A stretch of 64,000 nt of DNA from Tubulanus polymorphus (lineage: Eukaryota > Animalia > Nemertea), in the NCBI RefSeq assembly GCF_964204645.1, contig NC_134025.1, positions 21,365,101 through 21,429,100 of the forward strand. The letters are read 5' to 3'. The first letter of the stretch is position 1. The number at the start of each line of letters is the position of its first letter. The position numbers and the translations under genes are program-made. Below are positions 13,182-23,805 of this stretch, piece by piece. The notes under the pieces were generated by a model that worked only from the letters and a program-made list of their open reading frames with translations, had not been told where the DNA came from and did no database searches.

Positions 13182-15123
13182 ATGGTTCGGAGTATAGTTC
13201 ATATCATTATGATTTGGTCGTGGATAGGACCAATGGCTGCATGGGATGCAGAGCTACGGATGGGGGCTGGAGTAGTGTTCCAGCCAGTTGACGAGATAAA
13301 TGTAGCAGCAACAAAATGGGAACATAGTGTTATGATTCCTTTAGTAGATGTTTCCCGGTTTTCGATGACAATTCCTAATATGACGTGTGGAATGCCCAAT
13401 GCCGAATGCCGACAAATAGAGAAAATGTTTCGCCTAATGCGTTTGCGTAAAATCCGAGCTGATCAAAAATTTAACAGTTCCAGGCGTATGATTGAATCAT
13501 TATTACCTGTTGAAATTCCGAGTACAAGAAGAGAAGGCCGTATGAAACGAACACCACTATCATTCATCGGAGATGTCGCCAGTTTGATTTTTGGGGTCGC
13601 CACTACTGAGCAGTTACAAATAGTGGAAAGACATATGAATAAGTTTGATGCATTACAAAAATTAGATCATAAAGCTATTGTCCAGTTACAAGAACGGTTA
13701 ACTAGCTTTGCCAACGTAACAGATTCTAGATTTAAGTTAGTCAAGTCTCTAGTACGACAAAACAGAGATTATATGTCAAAACTTTCGGAATTCGTTGTAA
13801 ATAATACTATGAATCAGGCTCGTTTACAGGCAAGGGTACATGCACTATCATACGTAGTGCGGTATTCCATTAATTATGGGGATGTTATTGAGGCTATCAG
13901 CAGCCACATGGCCGCGTGGTTGCGCTCCACTAACGTTTTACTATCAAATAGACTACCTGTAGAGTTAATTCCGGTAACAAGTCTCCAGGAAATCTTATCA
14001 AAAATTCGCGTTACATTGAAGAATTTTTACCCCATGTTTGAGCTGGCACATCAAACCCCGAGTTATTATTATTCGCACGCGCGAACGTTTATGGGCGGCC
14101 ATTCCCGCCAAAAATCAGCGTTTCGTCTATTTTTCTGTACTTCGACAAAATGTCATAGTACACCGCCAAAATGTGTTAGCGTAACGTCGAATTGTGTAAT
14201 GCGGCTAAATAACACAGGAGGGCGACACTGTACGGACAGTATTTTGCGGTATTTTTCTCGCATTGCGATCATCTCAAGGTCGTTTTATTGAAATAATTTT
14301 GCGATTTTGCTATAAGCCGTGACAAGCGTATACAAGTAGGTCCGATTATTTACGGTCAGAAATTAGGGGGACACATAGTTCTTTGAAAATCGGTGGTTAT
14401 ATTCTGATTTCGTTAGTAATTGTGGCAATAATAGTATCGGCGGTTTTATGCAAACGATATGAGGCATGGGCGGCGGCAGGGACCGCTTTAACAATGGTTA
14501 AAAGTGTAGAGGCAGGGAATTTGGACATAATTCACGAACAGTTGGATATTGACTTGTCTGCGATTAGGAAGGCATCGGAAACCTTGTTAGATTGGGAGGC
14601 TATAATTGAATGGGCAGTTGTAGGTATGGTCGTATACTCGACACTGCGGTATTTTTTTACTGACGGGTGGCGGTTTATGAGTAGACGTCGGTGGCAGATA
14701 TCATTAGCGTCATGTTCCTCTCCTAGGCTGTCTGCAGAGGTCTTAGCCGAAGTTTAAAATCATGATGGGGCGTCGGCTGTTTTACATTTAGGGTTCGTAT
14801 CTCCTCATTTATGGGAGGAAGTCAAGGCCGTCCAGCCGTTGGCAGAGATTAAGATCAAAACATACGGACCGTTGGTTGCAATCAATGTTACATATGATAA
14901 AAATACCCCTTGCACGAACTGCTTCATTAAAACAATTTACGCCAGTCGGCTTTTCAATAAGCCGCTAAGGAGATTGTGTAGTGGGGAAATTTTTACTAAA
15001 TTTTGGATGGTGCATCAGCGGGATGCAGTCTTAATGAGTGACGACCTCCCATAGAGATATGGCGGCCAGCCTGTCTATAGCGACTCTTCGCCACAAATAG
15101 CAGTACATGTTATCCCTGCCTAG
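13182..15123 (+). pseudogene. env: Env-like class I fusion glycoprotein (F-type), internally disrupted, with a post-TM extension
   Basis: Signal peptide MVRSIVHIIMIWSWIGPMAA; furin site RMKR followed by a fusion-peptide-like TPLSFIGDVASLIFGVAT; heptad region; N-glycosylation sequons. The TM segment resumes in another frame at ~14323-14757, and that frame continues past single stops to ~15123. Confidence 0.82.
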
Positions 15124-15746
15124 ACTACGGATGAATTTGCTTTCTGAGGCAATGGGTGGGGACTAGCGGCTGACATCTCGGCGATTCGGATGTATCTGAT
15201 CAGTATATCCATTTTTGCATAAATTTCGGCTCATCTTTATAAAATGCACTTAGAAAATTATTATGGAATTATTCATTAATTGTTGAAGCTGTCTGTTGCC
15301 AACATGTGCTGGGCACACGATAATCAACTAAATGATGTACTTGGCATCAGTATTAATTTACGTCGTTGATTGGAGTCGGGACAGGTTGGACAAACCATCT
15401 TAAACGGTTAAAGATCGAGGCGGTCAGTGTATGGAAAGGGAGAGGAACATAATAAAAAAGGGAAACTTTCGGTGTATACTGTTTTAATAATGCTTACTTC
15501 AAAAAAAAGGGGAAGAGAAGTTGGTGGTTTTGTATCTAACTAAATTTGTATTATCATACTAAATGTGGTATAAAAAGAAACGAACTCCAGTGAGTGTAAA
15601 TAGATCTGGTCATTCTTCTCGTTCTGAAATATAGGATTTGTATTTGCATAAGTTTTTTTTTTAATTCCCATATGGTTCATATTGTAATTTCTCGGACTGA
15701 AATACGAATTTGTTATATTTGCTTGTATATTTTATAAAATTCTTAC

Positions 15747-17053
15747 CGGGTTCGCTGCCACTGGAATTTGTAGGTGAAGGAGGTGGGAAGTAGCTAGCCA
15801 GCGACGGCAGGGAGCTGGAGGAGCTGCTTGCAGAAGGGCTAGCAGGGGTATCAGGGATGTGAAGGATCGGATATCGGGAATGGGGACCAGGTAAGAGGGG
15901 GGAATCAGGTACAGGAGGGGAATCGGGAACTCCAAGTGATAGGAGGGGGTGCTGAGAAAGGTCGAGAAAAGGAGTTGGGTTGGGAGAAGAGGTACTGGGG
16001 GATGGGGACATGCGGTTATAGGGTGGAGGTTGTGGCCCCAGACCGGAGGGCGAGGGGTCCACGCTCTGGTCTGTGGGCGCGTTAGTACGACGGGAATAGG
16101 GATGCATGCGGAGGGTGCCGCCGCTTGGTTGCCCCCTTCCCGTGCCCCTTTGCCGCGCCGTATGTTTCCCTCGTGTTGGGGATGGGGTGGATGGAACTGG
16201 GAGCCCTGCGTAAATAGACAATATATATAGAGGTAACATGTGGAATTGTGTTCGTGGCGTTGCCATAGTATAATTATTAGCATTAGAACATATAACTAAT
16301 GGTATACGCAATAAATAAATAAATACGTATGAACTATGGTTGTAAAGAGGGATATATATAATGTATACCTGAAAACGCGGCGCGTAAGTCGTCGGTGGCA
16401 GCCCGAATTATGTTTGATAATTGTTGTCGGTTGCCTGCGTTGCAAAAGTATATTAGAAAAAGCAGTTATAAATTGTTTTTTTTTTGGTACATAAAATGAA
16501 TTAAGAAGTCTTACCGGGCTGTGCTAGAATAAAGCCATACAGCATGTGTAGGACCGGTGAGGCTGATATAAAAAACAAAATATGACAGGATGAGATATAT
16601 ATGTTGTTAATTTTGAGGTTTCTAATTTTATATACTTCATGCTTTGAAGCACGGTATTCGTACGTTGCCGTACAGTACCTTGGTAGTGCTGATTAAAATT
16701 AAAAAAAAAAAAAAAAGGGATTGTATATATAAAAGTATTGTTGCATAATATAATACAACGGTAATGAAATGGACTGAAGTGCAATTAACGTTTTTACAAT
16801 TAGTAATTATAGTTACATGACTAACATTGTTAAAATTCAAGGTTTTTCTGGTATTATATTGTTCACATTTTTAGAAATAGCGCATGGGGTAATAGATCTT
16901 ATCAGGGGCGATGTGACCGTTTAAAATAACAAAGTGCAAGAGTGGCGCATAATGTATTATCGCATGTAATGATAAAACTGTACAAAATGGTTGGTGTGTT
17001 AGTTTATAAGTATTCAAAATAAGTTGCTTACCGAAATACTCTATCGGGTCCAT
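15747..17053 (-). CDS. Putative spliced antisense accessory gene of the Gypsy element (Pro/Ser-rich, basic); last exon unresolved
   Basis: Candidate exons 17053-17032, 16562-16515 (48 nt), 16434-16369 (66 nt) and 16205-15747 (459 nt). All have GT/AG boundaries, all are phase 1, and they join into one open frame. Confidence 0.55.
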
Positions 17054-17474
17054 TGTGAATGATAATCCGGATGGTAATGAGGGTTTAGTCTTTATGGCGG
17101 ATGGAAGTAGAATGTTTCAGAGATGGGGATTTTACTCAGTATCAAGGGTGACTTTTTGGCCAGGTGTACTGTTATTGTTGCTGGTCAGGAAAAAATAATG
17201 GGTTTTTTTTCTCTTTCTACCATCCAGATGTTGAAAATTTATGTGCGTCAGTTGCAAGATTGTTGTATCATTTATCATAAAGCACCATTTTTATTGCCTT
17301 ACGGTGAAGTTCAAGAGGTAAAAGTTGTTAAAAAAGAAAAACAAAAAAGAAAAAGTTGTTTATGGAAGTAAGGGGTACTGATTTTGCACTATTGCTAGCT
17401 ACGGCTCTTTAAAAAATCTTTGGAAGTGTAAACGGGCTTCAGTATTTTTTTGGCGATTGGGGGTCCAATCGTCT

Positions 17475-17488
17475 GGAAAGGGGGATGG
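17475..17488 (+). promoter_or_regulatory. Polypurine tract
   Basis: GGAAAGGGGGATGG abuts the 3' LTR and is preceded by the hairpin GATTGG-GGGT-CCAATC. Confidence 0.85.
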
Positions 17489-18088
17489 TATTGGAGTAAT
17501 AAATTACCTATTTAGACAGTGGGAAATAAGCCGGAGTTCAAGGCAGTAGTTGCGGTTAGCAGGCGACCTACGTGAATACTTACGTCACACATAAGAGAGA
17601 AGCATAGAAGATAGGGGAGAGTGACGTGGGTGTCTACGTGGGAAATCTTGTTATAGCAGCAGCCTTGAGCTCTGGAAAGTTGAGTTATAAATTTAGCGCT
17701 CGTGACGTATAACACACGTAGAAATGATTTACATGGCCAGTAGGACTGTAGTAATAGAATAAGACGTCTCTGGCGATGAGGCCAAGCGGTGTGGAAATAT
17801 ACGTCACGAGCGAAGGAAGAATAAGTATAAAAAGGGAGGGTTTTAATGCAGTGGGGTCGAAAGCTTGGTCGGTAGAGCTGGGTCGGTTGAGCTAGTGGTT
17901 AGAACTAGAGGGGACGTGCTAGGAAGATTGTAAGAAGAGAGTATAAGAATAAAGATCTGGATCGATAGAAGAAGCTAGTTGTAGTTAATTTATGAGAAGA
18001 ACCCCGAGAAACTACGCTGGTGAAACGCAAACAACGCAGGTGGTCAACACACGTCACCCGGACACTGGGAAAGAGGACCCCCACAACA
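17489..18088 (+). repeat. 3' LTR
   Basis: 600-bp copy of 7276-7875, followed by the TSD GCAG. Confidence 0.97.
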
Positions 18089-20976
18089 GCAGCAGCTGGT
18101 TGGTGTAAATTAATGCCGACAATTATAGTTTCCTTCGATACCAGAACGATTAAGAAATTGAAAATATGGACGGTTGGAATTACTCGCCGCAAGTCAACAA
18201 CAGTAAATGAAAATACAGAGATGATATTGTATTCTTCATCACTTCATCATACGTCAAGGTCACCAATTAGAATAGTTACCGAAAAGTGGTTTCATCGCAC
18301 TTAGAATGTATATAGCCAGTCAGCACAGGAAATAATCGAAGCAGAAGTACTTAAAACTGAGATTTATATCTACGAAGACTGTCACCAACTGTAGGATGTA
18401 CAATTAAAACGGTCTTTTTATCAGGCGTTCGACAATTTTATAATTGTGACAAGCAATGGCAGATACAGCTTACCTCCTGTAGAAGCAATAGTTATACGGT
18501 TTGATATGTATGGGAAAAGATATTGTGTGTGCAGTGTGCACGATAGCGCACACTAGATGTGTGCTGCGGTGCGCACACTGAATGCAAATGGCTCGGGTTA
18601 CAAGAAGGGAGTATGTTGATAAGCATGAGCAATATGTAAGGACTTTTAAGGGATGATTAGTGTAGTAAAGTCTAAGGTTTTTGGTTCAGGGGGAGAACAA
18701 AAGAGAGTACAAAAGAGTACATGAGAGAGATAGTACTAAAAGAGAGTTGGGGAGATAAAGCTGAATAGATGGCGTAAGCAGTAGAGAGAAATGAAGAAAA
18801 GCTTGATCATACCAGATGGAAGTGTTAGTACATGTAGTTGATATCTACATAAGGAAGAGGCAGGTCAGCGAAAGGAACCAGTTACATAGAAGATCCAACG
18901 GCACAGCATTAGTGAGAAGAACGAGGTGACATAACAGTGGTGGAGGTGGTAGTCCCATTACAAGTGGTGGAAAGCGTAGTACCATTACACTCCCATGCCT
19001 TCCGGAAGGCAAAATAAATTTCCAAAATGCCCTTTTAAAATCAAAGTAGTAGAAATTTCGCTTTGATTTTTTGTGTTTCAAGCTATTGGAGTTTTTAGCA
19101 TTTTCAAGCTATTGGAAACCTCTCAAATAGCATCTCGGACCTCAATTTTTCAAGTTTTCTTTTGGGAGCACCCTCAAACCGACAGATATTGGCTTGGCGC
19201 CTACGCCGCTCGCATGGCACGGATCGTCACGTTGTGTTACATCTCTGCCTTTTATTAATAAACAGCGCCCTTTTGAATTTGGAAAGTAATATAAAAAATC
19301 ACCTGGATCCGCCCCCTGACAAGAACGTCGGACCTTATTCACTAACGTCATGCAGGTATGCTTGGATGATTTGAGCTGCGAGACCATTTGCGATGAAAAT
19401 CCTTTTGCGTTGCGTGTTATTCACATAAGTCCTCGCAAAAACTGATTCACAACTTTTCACACAACGGGAACCAGTCCAACCATTTTGCAATATAAAACAA
19501 ATCATTGCAAATGTATCTTTATATCAAAGCTGGATTCCTGTGGTGAACTCATTAAAAACGATTTGCATTTGATTTGATTTATCACCGGAGAAACAATTAT
19601 TATATTTTCATTAACGTGACATTTCGCATACTTATCATCAAATTATTTAGATAGATATAGATTCCATGATGTGGGATGACCGTACGTTTTCTAGTGAATA
19701 AGGTCACAGAATAACTAAAACAGTGATTAAGTTTTAATGGGAATCAATGTGACAAATATTCAGTGGGCAGAACAATATTGATCATGTGATGGAAGTTCCA
19801 CAATTGCTAACAGTAACAAGAACCACGAAGAGCCAAAATAGCCATCCAGTCAAAATATACCGTGATGAAAATGCGACACCATCGGTGTCACCGAAACTTC
19901 ATATTAATGGCCCGCCAGCTGAGGAAATAATTAGAACTACCGTCTGTCTGAAACTCCCAACAGCAAATTAGCTCACGCGATGATAAGCGAATTCAATTAC
20001 ACCATGCAATGATTATTATTCTTTACCCGCAATTGTGAGCAGCATTGATATGCAAACCTTTGGAAATTATAAAGAGAAATCAAAGTTTGATTATTGTTGG
20101 GGTTTCGAACTTGACATAACTGGTACATTTGCGTCAATGCATAATATCACAAAAAAAACCCTACAAATTAGTTTCGATTTGAACAGACACTTTAGCCGTG
20201 ATCACACGGAGACGATTTGGCATCACGGGCCAGAAACGCTCGTTTGGTGACTTGTCGACTGAACGTCTGGTTCAAATGGTGATGAAATTGATACGTAGTC
20301 ATAAGGATGGCGATGGTGCAGATGAGAATGAAAGTCGTGATGATGGTGGTGATTGTGATGATGGAGATGATGGCGGAGGTGTAGATCCACCCCATCCAAT
20401 CATCAGTCGACCAGCCATCCTGTCATCCAGTCGACCAGTATACCACGTTACCTGTGTACAGTCGGTGGGTCTTAATGAAGGACCGAATCACTACCAGCGT
20501 ATGGAATATGTTCATACACCTTTACTCTCACCCCGTATTCTACACTTGGGCCCACATTTCGACGAAGGTCCGAACTGATGCTATTTTGATCTTGTCATTT
20601 TACCTGTATAGAACTGACAGACATTTTCCAACCTGTTCAGATTTTTTACTATAACATATATATTCCACAATTTACATACAACGAATACTTGTACAACGAG
20701 CATTGATGTCGAATTTAGTTACATTTAATAAACTTTCAAAATCTGAGTATATTGTGTTAGATTTCTGATATTCATTTTCTATTCGTTCCATTCGCTGATA
20801 ACGGTACAACCTGAATGGTAGCTGTAATATAGACCTTAATAATGTCTGTATGGTTAAGTCAAATTAATTTCCCAATGTACGACGAAAAGACATGGTTAGT
20901 TCCAGTATCCTCACAGACAGACAGCACACACTCAGACAGTCAGTGCACTTACAGGCAGCCTTGATCCGCATGGATC

Positions 20977-21924
20977 ATGAATTCAACTCGGATGCAAATC
21001 GGCAGAACTTACAACAGTTACATCGTTCTCATGTCTGCGGTGAACAGGTCTGGTATCTACCGTACTGTGACATTGGTCATTCTGCCTGTTTGGTTCTTCT
21101 TAGGAGCCTTCGGAAATTCAGCTACATTCCTGATAATGATAAACCGCAGATTCCGTAATTTATCTTACGCTAACTATCTTATCGCTTTGTCAGTTAGCGA
21201 TTCTATATGCTGTATCAATTTTACTCTGATGCCTGTTTTACAGTTTTTCCTCTCGCATCTGAACAGTCGCTCAATATTTGTGATAGATTCAGTCATCGGT
21301 TGTCAGATATATGAATTTGTGATGGCGCTTGCAAACTGCAATAGTTCGTGGTTAATAGTAGCTATCTCTCTAGAACGCGCGGCAGTTGTGCTCTTCCCAT
21401 TCACATCTCGCTTGATATGTACACCGAGATTCGCTAGATCTAATATATTGATAATTACTGCTGTGAATGCACTTTTTATATTTCTCACACCTGCTTTGTC
21501 GATACATTTTACTGACCAGTATTTTGGATGTTCCTATGAATTATTGGATCAAATAACATATTTTTTGGCATTTGTCATCCACGTTTTCGTGCTGCCTCTA
21601 ATATATATTATAACATCAAATTCTGTTATAATAATTCAGCTATTCAGAAGTTCAAAAATGGTTTCGTCTGATCAGAAAACTACAAAATCAAAACGTACAA
21701 CAATAATGCTTGTCACAGTTTCACTCGCATTTGCATTATTCTTACTTCCATCCGCTGTAGCTTCAGTTTTACCAATCTCACCGTTGCTGGGAGAATTTCT
21801 ATATGACATATTTATTCAATTTCAAGTATGTAACTATGTGGTAAACTTTTACATATATCTATTACTGGGAAAAGAAATTCGTGAATATTTTTGTACGAAA
21901 ATACGGTGTAGAGGTATTAAGTAA
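20977..21924 (+). CDS. Single-exon class A (rhodopsin-like) orphan GPCR, 315 aa
   Basis: Seven hydrophobic segments; TM1 GN, TM2 LIALSVSD, TM3 Cys and SLER, TM6 FALFLLP, TM7 NFYIY, helix 8 KEIREYF. Confidence 0.92.
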   Translation: MNSTRMQIGRTYNSYIVLMSAVNRSGIYRTVTLVILPVWFFLGAFGNSATFLIMINRRFRNLSYANYLIALSVSDSICCINFTLMPVLQFFLSHLNSRSIFVIDSVIGCQIYEFVMALANCNSSWLIVAISLERAAVVLFPFTSRLICTPRFARSNILIITAVNALFIFLTPALSIHFTDQYFGCSYELLDQITYFLAFVIHVFVLPLIYIITSNSVIIIQLFRSSKMVSSDQKTTKSKRTTIMLVTVSLAFALFLLPSAVASVLPISPLLGEFLYDIFIQFQVCNYVVNFYIYLLLGKEIREYFCTKIRCRGIK

Positions 21925-22341
21925 AATAACCTTTGATTTCAAGTTTACCCGACGTAAATTCACGAAAATGGTTAATACATATTTGAAATTATCAATAATT
22001 TGCTAGACTTATGCAATGGACTCCAGGAGCGAATTTAGCCTAGCTTAAGATTTTTTCCTAATCCAAGAAACTTATGATTCACTTCAGGTACAATCATTTG
22101 TGGGAAATGTGGTTCTCCTTCCGCAGACAACTTAGTTAATAAGGATGCGTATAGAGAAGCTCATTCTGTCAGTCGAATATAGTATTCTACTAACCCGCTT
22201 CAAATGTAGATAGAAGGAAACGTCCCGCAACCGAATTTAAAATGATGACATTCATTTAAATCAAAACCACAAAGCTTTCGGCTGTTGGCTAACAGCTATC
22301 ACCAGGTGGAATGAACCCAGAAACAGACAAGACTATAAACA

Positions 22342-22703
22342 TTTAACAACACTAAATGTCACTGATAATTGTTATACATATTTCATCTATATTTCGTATT
22401 TCTTTATTGTTTTATGTCTCCATCTTATTACTCATTGTCCTCTGAGACTGTTTGTCTGTGTCAGAATGTGTTAATTGTTGTTTGTCTCACTGTCATGTCA
22501 CTACTCGTCACCTTTGTTTTTGTATCATTTTCCATGTCTCAACCTGTCTGAATCTGTGTGATATAAATAGCTATGTGTAAAAATAAAGTCAGTTCCAGTT
22601 TTGGTATTCCAAACTGATAGTTCGCTCGTTACTCTTTCGCTCTGTTCCGGATTTCCGACGTCGACCATTCTTCGAGAATAGGACAGAAAATAGCGTTGCT
22701 AAA
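22342..22703 (+). repeat. 5' LTR of mini element
   Basis: TTTAACAAC...GTTGCTAAA (8/9 inverted repeat). TATAAATA at ~22562, AATAAA at ~22582. Confidence 0.93.
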
Positions 22704-22704
22704 T

Positions 22705-22715
22705 TGGTGTTAGAA
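22705..22715 (+). promoter_or_regulatory. PBS, probably tRNA-Leu
   Basis: TGGTGTTAGAA versus TGGTGTCAGAA expected for tRNA-Leu(CAA); the difference is a G:U wobble. Confidence 0.65.
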
Positions 22716-22794
22716 CCGGCGGGCAAGTTTTATATTCAACTGCCCGTATAAGATCCTGGTACCGCGCTCTCAACAGCTAGTTTTCCCCATCACG

Positions 22795-23679
22795 ATGAAT
22801 ATTCTACCACCGGCAGTCGTAGTAACCCTTCAAGAGGCTGGATACCACCAGGCACCTCAGAATTGGACTATTAATGCCGAGGAAGGATGTATCAAAGTTT
22901 CACTGACATGGACAGTCCAGTCATCGAAGCCATCGAAAGCGGTGAAATCGAAGTCTACTCTGAATCGGGACCGTAGACGTATGCAGGAATTCCTGAACCG
23001 AAGGATGCTGAAAACAGAAGTTCCGAAGTCAACGAAATCAGATAACGCTACCATGGACACAGCGGTCATGACTGTCAACGCGACTCATGTTATAAGATCT
23101 CAGACAGTTGAGGACGTCATAACTACCGCTGAAATAAAGAAATTGGAAGAAACTTCGCAGAAACTTTCAGGTGAACTTGTCGATTTGAAGGTCAATTTAG
23201 AATCAAAAGAAAGAACTATTATTGGACAACAAAAAGAAATCTTTGGACTACAATCAAAATTGGATAAATTAAAAATGCGAAATTATCCTTGTCATTGCGC
23301 TAAAGATCCGAAAAACTCTCAAGCATGCGAAGATACATTAACTGATATCGGTGATCTTTACGAAGCAGACCAACCGAAAATCATGGCTGCAAAACGATCA
23401 GGAATATTATATGAGGTCCGGGTGCAAGATCCAATCTCGAGAAAATACGCTGATTTCTTTGTGCACTGGGGACAATCATTATCATCAGTTTTCTATGACA
23501 TTTTGAACAGATACGATTTGGATATAAAATCATTCACCTATCGCGAACCAAATTCCAAAAATAAATGCTTGGACATTGATCGAAATACTTCATTGTGCTC
23601 GTTACATGAATCAGGAATCATCAAACACTTATGGGATAAAAAGGGTAGAAATATAGTTTGGTTAGGAATGAGATTTTGA
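22795..23679 (+). CDS. 294-aa protein of unknown function carried by the mini LTR element
   Basis: Uninterrupted ATG-TGA ORF filling ~80% of the internal region. Basic KSKSTLNRDRRR segment, central heptad coiled coil, CHC, possible beta-grasp C-terminus. No CCHC, DTG or YxDD motif. Confidence 0.85.
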   Translation: MNILPPAVVVTLQEAGYHQAPQNWTINAEEGCIKVSLTWTVQSSKPSKAVKSKSTLNRDRRRMQEFLNRRMLKTEVPKSTKSDNATMDTAVMTVNATHVIRSQTVEDVITTAEIKKLEETSQKLSGELVDLKVNLESKERTIIGQQKEIFGLQSKLDKLKMRNYPCHCAKDPKNSQACEDTLTDIGDLYEADQPKIMAAKRSGILYEVRVQDPISRKYADFFVHWGQSLSSVFYDILNRYDLDIKSFTYREPNSKNKCLDIDRNTSLCSLHESGIIKHLWDKKGRNIVWLGMRF

Positions 23680-23805
23680 TTAGCTTGTGAATGATCAATA
23701 CTTTTAATTTGTATAAAAATATTGTTCTCAAATTGATAATTCTTCATTAAATTCATTTCATCTAATTTTCGGGGACGAAAACTTTCAGAACGTAGTGGGG
23801 GAGGA

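Larger units (their letters stand above)
7276..18088 (+). mobile_element. env-bearing Ty3/Gypsy LTR retrotransposon, 10,813 bp, defective copy
   Basis: Two 600-bp LTRs, 4-bp TSD GCAG (7272-7275 / 18089-18092), PBS, PPT, gag with two CCHC knuckles, PR-RT-RH-IN order, env-like ORF. Confidence 0.97.

Noticed and set aside
14093-14291. Last ~65 codons of the 369-aa env ORF as genuine Env
   Set aside because: The sequence character changes abruptly and the TM resumes in another frame; this is probably foreign sequence replacing part of the ectodomain.
15661-16311. 216-aa ORF as a single-exon gene
   Set aside because: Its ends are AT-rich and intron-like, with splice sites at 16205 and 15747; it is better explained as one exon of a spliced gene.
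7299-17715. Duplicated 67-aa minus-strand ORFs (7299-7502, 17512-17715)
   Set aside because: Incidental frames within the two LTRs, with non-ATG starts.
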